Below are positions 17,554-26,052 of a DNA stretch of 64,000 bases, in pieces (position 1 is the stretch's first letter; each line of letters starts with the position of its first letter). This DNA comes from an uncultured virus (IMG/VR IMGVR_UViG_3300031951_000030) (Duplodnaviria > Heunggongvirae > Uroviricota > Caudoviricetes), in the IMG/VR virus record IMGVR_UViG_3300031951_000030; one strand, written 5' to 3'. Position numbers and translations under genes: made by a program. The notes beneath the pieces are model-generated. The model had not been told where the DNA came from, did not search any database, and was given only the letters and a program-made list of their open reading frames with translations.

Positions 17554-19425
17554 TTAAGGATAAACCTGTCTATTAGCCTTTATAATTTCTTTAGCAAACT
17601 CGTCATTTACCACCATTTCAAACTTAAATTGCCCTCCATAATTTCTACCATCTTCTCTAATATCTATGTTTGCAATAGGTATAACTCTACCTCCAACTTT
17701 AACTTTAAATGCAATAAATGGTGGTGGTCCAGGTTCTGAAATTAATCCTTGTTTAAATTCTTCAAAATCACTTGTACCAAATATAACTTCCATTGTACTC
17801 TTATCCAACATATATTCCCCTAATGCAATACTTTCTTCACCATCTGCAACAGATTTTAGTGGAAATTCCGTTTTAACCTCATTTAACATACCATCTCTCA
17901 ATCTCTCATTGGTTGTAATTGCCTTTACCGCCTCTGCAACATAATTAGCATGGTCCGCATCCATTTCATTGATAAAATCAGTAGCTACTTTAGATGATTC
18001 TCCTTCTCCTTTTCTTTGTAAAGCCCGTATCCCTTCAAATAAAACTTTATTCTTTTCTCTACTACCTTTTCCTTTAAGAGTATCAGCCAGTGCAGTATCG
18101 AAATCAATACCTTTTTCTTCCATTGCCTTTTTAAAATCTTCATCTTCTTCGGCAAGTTGTCTAATAGCATCTGCGTTTTCTTCGCAGAATTTTGCCAGTT
18201 TCGCCCTTTCATTTTTTGCAAACATTTGAGGGTTGATATTATCAGGAACATCATCTTTCCCCAGCCATTCAAAAAACTTACCTGTTCCAGAATTAAGTAA
18301 GTTAACTTTTAGATTTTGTTTTAGAGATATTTCTTCCAAAAGTGGTTCTCCGTTTTCATTCTCAAGTCGTATATAAATGTCAGTTGAAAATCCTTTATCA
18401 CCATAACTACCTAATCCAAGTGATTCAACATCAGATTTGGTATCCCAAGATGCTGCGGTGATTTTATGACCTGGATATTGTTTTTCTACTTTTTTAAGTA
18501 TTGCTTTTCTGTTGTTTGTAGCAGCCTTTAACCAAGTTTGATTTACAATTCGGGTACCATCTTTTTTCAATTCTGGATTCTGTGATGTTAATGCTTTTAT
18601 ATGTTCCGATACTGCTGATTGCATTTCATTCCACTCATCATCACTCATCGTACACGCCATCATCGTCATCAACTCACCAGCTTGAGCTGGCAGTTTACCA
18701 GCTCCACCTGGAAAATTTGAAAAGTGAGAAATCTTTTTTGCTGCTCCGACATGTTGTGTATTCATCATTCTCTCAAACAATTTCAAATATTTTTTAGGAA
18801 ATTTTGGATTGTTAGCAATACTTTCTGGTATTTTAAATGGTGGTGGTGGAATCGGATTTGCAAACTTTTTATTTTTTTCAGCAAATTCTTCATCATTTGG
18901 GTCTAAATCTTTTTCAAATTCTTCAGTTTCCAATGGATTTTCCGAACTTAAAGTTTTATCCTTTCCGTTTACAATTCGTTTTTTAGGTTCTGTTTCGGTT
19001 GGTTCTGTGGATGGCTCATCAAATACACTTGCACCGCCACCAGTACCGAATACGTTTGTACCTTTAACTGGCTCTTCTTCATCGGAAGATGGAAGTTTGC
19101 CACCACTTTTTTCTTTTGCCTGTTTTATTTCGGCAGGTGTTGGTTTATCGTGTTTGTCTGGGTCCATCTTCTGAACTGTGTAGATATTACCAGATTTTTT
19201 ACTCTTTACAATATCTTCTTCTTTAAGAACACGTTTTGGTTTTGGAGTATTTTCTAGGATGTATTTGAATACAACGGATGCTCTATCCACCAATTGTTGT
19301 GCAGATGGAATATCTCTTTCTCTTAAAAGTTTTACCAATAATTGTTTATGTGATTCTTTTGTTAAATCAGGAATCCCTACGTGAAATTTTAATTCGTCTA
19401 GTATTTCATCAAAATCTGGATACAT
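17554..19425 (-). CDS. Hypothetical protein with a possible PD-(D/E)xK nuclease domain
   Basis: 623 aa; charged low-complexity N-terminus, then STDIY...EISLK. Confidence 0.5.
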   Translation of the reverse strand: MYPDFDEILDELKFHVGIPDLTKESHKQLLVKLLRERDIPSAQQLVDRASVVFKYILENTPKPKRVLKEEDIVKSKKSGNIYTVQKMDPDKHDKPTPAEIKQAKEKSGGKLPSSDEEEPVKGTNVFGTGGGASVFDEPSTEPTETEPKKRIVNGKDKTLSSENPLETEEFEKDLDPNDEEFAEKNKKFANPIPPPPFKIPESIANNPKFPKKYLKLFERMMNTQHVGAAKKISHFSNFPGGAGKLPAQAGELMTMMACTMSDDEWNEMQSAVSEHIKALTSQNPELKKDGTRIVNQTWLKAATNNRKAILKKVEKQYPGHKITAASWDTKSDVESLGLGSYGDKGFSTDIYIRLENENGEPLLEEISLKQNLKVNLLNSGTGKFFEWLGKDDVPDNINPQMFAKNERAKLAKFCEENADAIRQLAEEDEDFKKAMEEKGIDFDTALADTLKGKGSREKNKVLFEGIRALQRKGEGESSKVATDFINEMDADHANYVAEAVKAITTNERLRDGMLNEVKTEFPLKSVADGEESIALGEYMLDKSTMEVIFGTSDFEEFKQGLISEPGPPPFIAFKVKVGGRVIPIANIDIREDGRNYGGQFKFEMVVNDEFAKEIIKANRQVYP

Positions 19426-19464
19426 ATTTTATCTGTGTTTCTGTATATCTTATAAATATATAAT

Positions 19465-20730
19465 TTATCCTAAATGAACCAAATTATTGTAACTGGTTCC
19501 TTCATCAATTCGAACGGGAAACCCACCCTTTTCCATAATGGTCGGTAAAAGTTTTAAAATCCCCTCCCTCTCCATCGGATGTGTATCTATGAGAAACGCA
19601 TCATAGGTGTATAGAATCAATTTCGATTTCATCTCACTCATTTGGTTTAGGATATCACTCATCTTTTTATAATTCACTTCCGTTTCTAGAGCTTGTAAGA
19701 GATAATTAAATACCTTTTGTTCAGTCCCTCCTTCTATTTTAGTGAAATGAATTTCCCTTCCGTATAGGGGTGTTTTCAGAACTCCGGAGATTACGAACTT
19801 TTGGTAAACCTCTTTGATGTATTTATCAACGGTTTGAAAAAACGGTATCTCCCTTGCGAACGAATCCAACCCCCCATAGAGATACTTAAAGGTTAGAGCT
19901 TTGGCCGTTTCGTAATCCGTTCCATAAAGATTGGCAAGGTGTTGGTGAGCAGTTTCTCCTTTTGGAAATTCATACCCTACGATTTTCGCAATCAAACGGA
20001 TGTGGTAAGACTCGTAATCGAATTGTAAGAGAGTACCCCCATCAAAACGGCTAACAAAACAATCTCTACTACCATCGGATTTGTTAAGAGCGGAGTAATT
20101 TACATTAAGGTGTCTATTGGATGGTCTACCTGTAGTTGTGTATGGATTGTATTTCGTATACACTTTACCATTATGTATGTGCTTGGGAGAGAAACTAAAT
20201 CTATCAATAAATTTTTCCTCTTCGACTTGTACCCCAGCCCCCTCCAGCCTCCCTAACTCTTTTATGGAATCTGAATAAATACGATACCAACTCTTTCTGT
20301 TTTTTATATCAGGGATTGATTTTAAGAGTTCGTACCACTTCATTAGCGGGATACAATCATTCAACTCATTATAATCGGACCTATACCCCTTAAAAAGAGT
20401 TTCTACCCATTCAGAGAAATTAAATGGTTTACCATATTCTTCGAAGTAGACCCATTCATAATCTAACCCTTCTGATTGAATGTATCGGTTTCCCAAAACC
20501 AATGTATTTTCATTACAAAGTTTATGTATTGGAAAATTTGGTAAGGTTGAAGCATCAACATGATTGAAATTTATTATACCATCATCGGTTTCAGTTCTGT
20601 AATACAGAAACGATAGATGCGTACCAAATTCATGTGCTTTGGGTGAACTCCACACTGGTATCAATAATCTAATGTTTGGATTAGATTGGACAAAAAAATG
20701 TAGGGTATCCCTATTTTCTATTAAGTTCAT
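19465..20730 (-). CDS. Divergent family A DNA polymerase-like protein
   Basis: TTTGRPS, motif A DYESYHIR, motif B AKALTFKYLYG, NYLLQ, motif C YDAF; only 421 aa. Confidence 0.8.
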   Translation of the reverse strand: MNLIENRDTLHFFVQSNPNIRLLIPVWSSPKAHEFGTHLSFLYYRTETDDGIINFNHVDASTLPNFPIHKLCNENTLVLGNRYIQSEGLDYEWVYFEEYGKPFNFSEWVETLFKGYRSDYNELNDCIPLMKWYELLKSIPDIKNRKSWYRIYSDSIKELGRLEGAGVQVEEEKFIDRFSFSPKHIHNGKVYTKYNPYTTTGRPSNRHLNVNYSALNKSDGSRDCFVSRFDGGTLLQFDYESYHIRLIAKIVGYEFPKGETAHQHLANLYGTDYETAKALTFKYLYGGLDSFAREIPFFQTVDKYIKEVYQKFVISGVLKTPLYGREIHFTKIEGGTEQKVFNYLLQALETEVNYKKMSDILNQMSEMKSKLILYTYDAFLIDTHPMEREGILKLLPTIMEKGGFPVRIDEGTSYNNLVHLG

Positions 20731-20736
20731 ACCCTA

Positions 20737-20767
20737 CAAATATATAAAATTTATTTCAATAATCCAA
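20737..20767 (-). promoter_or_regulatory. Bacteroidetes-type promoter, very close to the PolA-like start codon
   Basis: Minus strand TTG (20767-20765), 20 nt, TATATTTG (20744-20737). The ATG is only 6 nt further on, so the mRNA may be leaderless. Confidence 0.65.
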
Positions 20768-20768
20768 G

Positions 20769-21548
20769 TTATTCTCCCCAATGGTTTTTACGAAGTTCAT
20801 ATACATCGATTGGCTCACGTTTCATGTGATTACCTTGATTAAAGTATGCTCCTTTTTTTAGATATCCACCCAAAAAGTTTCGTCTAAATCTATTTGATTT
20901 ATTTGGTTCTGAACCATGAATTGTGTGTGAGTGAAGTAAAACAACTTCTCCTTTACGAAGATATCCTTCTACTTTTCTAAAATCATGTCCTTCTGGCATA
21001 ACACACGGCTTACCTCTTTCGTTTCTCCAAAACTTTGGATTACTCTTTGCTCTTTCCTCATCAATTTCAATCGGTAAGACTGGTAATCTGTGTGAACCTT
21101 CGTAATTCCAAACTGCTCCGTTTTCGGGATCGTGGTTATCCAACGCTAAAGCAGTATTGATAATTTCGTTATGTTTACAACCTGTATAGAATCCATTTTG
21201 GTGTTGGTCTCTACCCAATTGTCCTGGTGGTTTGAAATATGCCCAAGTTTGTAAGCCTATCAACTCCCCCTCCATCAAAAACTCCATTGCTTCAATCAAC
21301 TTTGGATGGACAAATAATTTTTCTAATTTTGATGATAATTTGTGTGGATATGCAAATGGGTCCCATTCTCCCCATTCATCACCATTGTCTTTAGTAGTCA
21401 ATGACCGTTCTTGACGTAATCTTTCTAATTCATCATTAATTTCATCACATTGTTCCTCTGTAAGGAGTTGTAATACGGTCCAACCTCGATATCTCCAATC
21501 GAAGGTCATTTGTTGAATTTCTTCTTGTGTAAGATGTTTAAATGCCAT
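20769..21548 (-). CDS. PhyH-family Fe(II)/2-oxoglutarate dioxygenase
   Basis: YFKPPG...HQN, ALD...ENGA, GSH, HGSEPNKS..RR. Preceded by TTG-N20-TATATTTA (21601-21571). Confidence 0.85.
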   Translation of the reverse strand: MAFKHLTQEEIQQMTFDWRYRGWTVLQLLTEEQCDEINDELERLRQERSLTTKDNGDEWGEWDPFAYPHKLSSKLEKLFVHPKLIEAMEFLMEGELIGLQTWAYFKPPGQLGRDQHQNGFYTGCKHNEIINTALALDNHDPENGAVWNYEGSHRLPVLPIEIDEERAKSNPKFWRNERGKPCVMPEGHDFRKVEGYLRKGEVVLLHSHTIHGSEPNKSNRFRRNFLGGYLKKGAYFNQGNHMKREPIDVYELRKNHWGE

Positions 21549-21615
21549 AACTATTAATTTGTTCTTTAGGTAAATATACTATAAATATTTTTTATTTCCA
21601 AATTTTTAAATAATT

Positions 21616-21993
21616 TTATGATTTGTAAAATTGTGTTACATTTGGTAAATACAATCCTATATTTTTTAATGTAGTAGATGCAATGAACAAAGATGATTTA
21701 TTTGAATCAATGATTCCCTTATCGGTAATATCACCTTTTTCATTATAAACTGCATTTAATGGTCCTGATATTCTCCATCTAACGATTTCAACATTCCAAT
21801 TTGGATTTTCATTTAATTTTTGAAATGTATTTAATGAAATTTCATATACAAATCCGTTTACATCGTTTGCTTTTTGTGCAAAATATCTATCTATACTTCC
21901 AATTGAATAATCGTCTTCGGTTGGAGACGGTACAATCGTACTTGGAGTAGATAGTGGATAAAAAGTTTTATTTTTAATTAAATCTTTATACAT
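21616..21993 (-). CDS. Hypothetical protein, probably virion or baseplate associated
   Basis: Start reassigned to MYKDL at 21993; PTEDDY...RYF...WRISGP. Confidence 0.55.
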   Translation of the reverse strand: MYKDLIKNKTFYPLSTPSTIVPSPTEDDYSIGSIDRYFAQKANDVNGFVYEISLNTFQKLNENPNWNVEIVRWRISGPLNAVYNEKGDITDKGIIDSNKSSLFIASTTLKNIGLYLPNVTQFYKS

Positions 21994-21994
21994 A

Positions 21995-24229
21995 TTAATC
22001 TTCTTCTTCTTCTTTAACTTCAATTCTATAAGATGCGACAATTGTAGTTTTCCAACCATTTTCATCTAATCCATGTTTTACATTCGTAATTTGAAAATAC
22101 CCATTTCTGTTGTATATTTCAGGAACTCCATCTATAAGGAAATATTCTCCAGAACTCAATCCAGCAATTCCATCTATTGCTAGAGTTATTTCTAAAAATG
22201 TTAGAGCAGTGGTTCCTTTTGATTGTTTTCCTATTGTAGATTGTATTAAACTTTTATCAGTATAAATTAAATTATTAGCAGAAGTTTTACTATCTTTATT
22301 TGATTTAAATTTAACGAAATTTTGACTCAAAACTTCATTCATATTTGTTTTTTCCTTTTCCCCATCTTTGTTTTCGGTAATGTTTGTTACACTTCCTCCA
22401 GAAGTTAGAATTTTATTCCATTCATCGGAATCTTTTACCAATTTAATTTCAAGAGCATTTATTGAATAGTATCCATCAGCATTTGGTGTTCTATAATTAA
22501 TAGCATCTTTATATGTTCTACTTGCATTTGTTTCCGTATCTTCAGTTTTATCCTTTTGAATATTATTTATTGCAAGTTGAGATGAATATAATGCCTGTGA
22601 TTGAGCTAAAACATCTAATGCCATATCAAACGTAAATTCTTTTACGATAGAACCCTTTGCACCTATTTTAAATCTATATTTTTCAACAGGTGGTGGTGGT
22701 GTTTGTAATTTTCTATCAATTATAGTATTAGTTGAAGAAGCGTTTGGATTATCATCTGGTTTACCGATTTCTAATTCACATAACCCAAACATATTATCAT
22801 TAATCAAACTTGTTAAAGCATTTACAATATCAGCTTGAGCGTATGCTTGTGAATAAAATTGTACAAATGTGGACCATTTAACAAATACATTTAAAAGATT
22901 ACCACTTATAGATGATAATGAAACAGTTTCAGATGTGTTAGATTTACTGGTTAATGTTATGTTTGTAGCTTCTTTTCCATTTGAAATATTAAAACTATAT
23001 CCATTTATCGGCGCATCTACAAAACTTCCGCTTTTATCTATTATTATTTGTTCTTTTAAATTAGCATCAGTTACTACTTTTATAGATGGTAATCGTCCTG
23101 GTAATATAAAATCTGATGTAGTTGATATAATATGTGGTGATGAATTTACTGGTATAATATCTTTACCATCCAATGTATACGCCGCATCTAAAATGTTTTT
23201 AGATTGTTTATATACCTGAATATTATTTAATATTTTCATTAGTAATCTAAATGAAACATATTGTTCTTTATTAAATTTAGTATCTTCCTGCTTTTCGTTT
23301 AAAACCCCCCAGTTAAAAAATTCATTCTTGTCATCTTTTTCAGTTATTACGTTTTCAAGTGGTGGTTCATTCATATCCGCAGCGATTTTTTTAACCCAAG
23401 ATTGAAATCCTGTTACGTTTGGGTCACTTGAAGGTTTACTTCCTTTCGCTGCTGGTTTTGCTTGTTTTACGGGCATCCATAATTGCAATTCATTTCCTGC
23501 GGATACTTCTAACATTATATCGTATGTACCATCTTCCTGGGGACTGAATGTGTAATTAGTAACATTCCCTGCCATGTAATCATACTCATAGTTAGTTTCC
23601 TCTATCGTTTTTAAATACGCCAATCTAGCCTCTCTATATGCGTTATCTTTGTGAGAAAATATTTTCATATAGGCATCTACATAATCTGTAAATTTCTTTT
23701 TTGCAAATAATTTAGAACCAATTATATATTTATTGGATTTGTTTTTAATATCAGTATTCCACCCCCATTCTACTACAACTTTAGTAGCAGGTCTTAAAAA
23801 AAACAATTCAAACATTTCTAGTTGTTTCAAACTAAATACTTTTATTTGAAGTTGTGCAGTTTTTAGTGTATTATTATTACCATCCGTATCCAACTCCATT
23901 GATAATATAATTGGAGTAGATATTCTTCTATTTGTTTCTTTTAGAACTTCTATTGGTTTCCCATTTAAATCATATCCAACAATTGTGTTACCAGTTTGAT
24001 ATAAGTTTTTTATATCAGTAGTATTTGCAACCACACATCCTTGAAACGCGTTTGTATAATCTTGATTTTTTACTATTTCTTCATACGGAATACTTTTATC
24101 CGTAACTACGGTAGCAGAACTCAACATGATAAATGGTGATAGAGAATTTACATAACTAATATCATTTTCTCTTTCTGTTAATTTTTTTACTATACCCGGT
24201 TTTAAAGGGGCTAAAAATGGAAATCCCAT
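21995..24229 (-). CDS. Putative baseplate hub protein (gp27 / late-control-D-like)
   Basis: VEWGW; C-terminal DGIAGL...FQITNVKHGL..GWKTT; lies after the tape measure and wedge genes. Confidence 0.55.
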   Translation of the reverse strand: MGFPFLAPLKPGIVKKLTERENDISYVNSLSPFIMLSSATVVTDKSIPYEEIVKNQDYTNAFQGCVVANTTDIKNLYQTGNTIVGYDLNGKPIEVLKETNRRISTPIILSMELDTDGNNNTLKTAQLQIKVFSLKQLEMFELFFLRPATKVVVEWGWNTDIKNKSNKYIIGSKLFAKKKFTDYVDAYMKIFSHKDNAYREARLAYLKTIEETNYEYDYMAGNVTNYTFSPQEDGTYDIMLEVSAGNELQLWMPVKQAKPAAKGSKPSSDPNVTGFQSWVKKIAADMNEPPLENVITEKDDKNEFFNWGVLNEKQEDTKFNKEQYVSFRLLMKILNNIQVYKQSKNILDAAYTLDGKDIIPVNSSPHIISTTSDFILPGRLPSIKVVTDANLKEQIIIDKSGSFVDAPINGYSFNISNGKEATNITLTSKSNTSETVSLSSISGNLLNVFVKWSTFVQFYSQAYAQADIVNALTSLINDNMFGLCELEIGKPDDNPNASSTNTIIDRKLQTPPPPVEKYRFKIGAKGSIVKEFTFDMALDVLAQSQALYSSQLAINNIQKDKTEDTETNASRTYKDAINYRTPNADGYYSINALEIKLVKDSDEWNKILTSGGSVTNITENKDGEKEKTNMNEVLSQNFVKFKSNKDSKTSANNLIYTDKSLIQSTIGKQSKGTTALTFLEITLAIDGIAGLSSGEYFLIDGVPEIYNRNGYFQITNVKHGLDENGWKTTIVASYRIEVKEEEED

Positions 24230-24233
24230 AACT

Positions 24234-24536
24234 TTATTTATTTATTTTTTCTAAATCATTTAATACCGTAGATATGCTACCTGGAATTCTTAATTGAGTT
24301 CCTGGATTTATAAAAAACGATGCATCATTTAAGTTATTTGCAACTGCTATTACCCACCATAATGCTTTATCTCCAAAATATTTAGAAGCAAGTATATCCA
24401 ATCTATCCGATGCCTCTGAAATAATATAAAAATCATTATCGGATGGTTTTATTTTTGGATATATAGTACTACTTATATACTGCTTTTTAGTATCTTTGGT
24501 TGTTAAATTTTTGGAATACAAATATCTACTTGCCAT
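24234..24536 (-). CDS. Baseplate wedge / LysM-like protein (gp53 / tail X-like)
   Basis: DRLDILASKYFGDKALWWVIAVAN...GTQLRIP. Confidence 0.75.
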   Translation of the reverse strand: MASRYLYSKNLTTKDTKKQYISSTIYPKIKPSDNDFYIISEASDRLDILASKYFGDKALWWVIAVANNLNDASFFINPGTQLRIPGSISTVLNDLEKINK

Positions 24537-25990
24537 TATTCTTTTGTTTCATTTATAATAAATTTACCACCATTTATTCGAGAAGTACTCATTCCCCATA
24601 CATTGTTAAAATCATTATTAGGTGTTATACCATCGGATTGATATGATAATCCATCGAAATTGTACTTGTATTTAGTTATTCCTCCTTCGGTTACTGTTTT
24701 ATGATTTTCAATAATTTTCATACCAATTTGTACATCTATTACAGATGGATATAGTGTATTATCATTATTTAATCCAAATTTTACATAAATAGGATGTCTT
24801 CCATCTTGTGAGCCATTAGGGTCACCATTAGGCCATACGGTATTATCATCTATTTCAAATGATAAACTTTCTATATATCCGTAAATGTTTTTATACATAT
24901 CACCAATTGTTAAGTAAAACAAATTTGGAGAAAATGCATATTGTGAAGTTTGCGTATCATTACCATATTTCATTTGTGAAATTTCTTCATAAGGAAATGC
25001 TAATGATTTAAGATAATTTACCTTTTTTATCATTACATCTTTTTCTTTAACAGTTGTGTAATATAATTTTAAAGTAAATTGTAAAGTACGCTCCACTCCC
25101 AAATATCTATTCACTTTAAATGGTGAACCTAAATATCTGAAATTTGTCCATTCAGGACTTACATTTTCAGATAATCCTGTTACTGCTCCCGCAAATGGAA
25201 CTATTGATTTATTTCCTTCTTTTCTGAATAATACCCAAATTTGATTTACATCTCTATATTTTTGTATATCGGTATTTAATAAAGTTATATCATCATATTT
25301 TTCCTTCTCATTTACATTTTTAGTAGCACCATCCCATCCGTTTCTAGAAATTCCATTTCTAAATTCAGTAGATGTTATTGTATCATCAGTAAGTGGACTT
25401 TTTGCAGGTGTGAATCCACCAAAACTCAAGTTTGTAATTTGTTTATAATCTGAAAACTTTTTTTCTGGAGCCATAGTCTTACCTCCAAGTTGGGTTCTTC
25501 CAAATAATGGAGCAAACCCTTCAGGAGCTCCATTTTTTATTTTTAATTCTTTTGCTAATTTTTTTAATTCTCTGGCTGAACCAAATTTATTTAAAGCCTG
25601 TTGAGCAACAAATCCAGCTGCTGAAGCAGGAGATGTTCCATCTAATAACCTTTTTATTATTGAGTTTGGAGCGGGTGTATCTTTTACATAATAAGATTTA
25701 CCAGCTTCTACCGCGTTTCTTAATTGAGCTTGAGTTAATGCAACGAGGGTTATTGGTTTTGCAAATGGTAATTCACTTCTAAAAATAGTATCATCTGGCC
25801 TGTTTGCAAATCCACCTAAAGCACCTCCGACTTGATTTCCAACGATATCTGCTACTTTATTGGGTGATGATGTTAATAATGCTGCACTACGGGCTACATC
25901 AACGAATCCTTTGCTTTCAATTCGGACTTCTCCTAATTTTCCATAAAGGTCTTTTTTTTGTGATTTGAAAAGGTCTCTAATTTGTGCCAT
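24536..25990 (-). CDS. Putative baseplate tube-initiator protein
   Basis: Tube-like segment LSENVSPEW..RYLG..Y.GVERTLQF; directly after the tape measure gene. Confidence 0.5.
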   Translation of the reverse strand: MAQIRDLFKSQKKDLYGKLGEVRIESKGFVDVARSAALLTSSPNKVADIVGNQVGGALGGFANRPDDTIFRSELPFAKPITLVALTQAQLRNAVEAGKSYYVKDTPAPNSIIKRLLDGTSPASAAGFVAQQALNKFGSARELKKLAKELKIKNGAPEGFAPLFGRTQLGGKTMAPEKKFSDYKQITNLSFGGFTPAKSPLTDDTITSTEFRNGISRNGWDGATKNVNEKEKYDDITLLNTDIQKYRDVNQIWVLFRKEGNKSIVPFAGAVTGLSENVSPEWTNFRYLGSPFKVNRYLGVERTLQFTLKLYYTTVKEKDVMIKKVNYLKSLAFPYEEISQMKYGNDTQTSQYAFSPNLFYLTIGDMYKNIYGYIESLSFEIDDNTVWPNGDPNGSQDGRHPIYVKFGLNNDNTLYPSVIDVQIGMKIIENHKTVTEGGITKYKYNFDGLSYQSDGITPNNDFNNVWGMSTSRINGGKFIINETKE

Positions 25991-26052
25991 CTATAGTTCT
26001 ACATTTACTATAAATATCTCTAATTCAGATTTATTATTAATTTTCAAATGTA

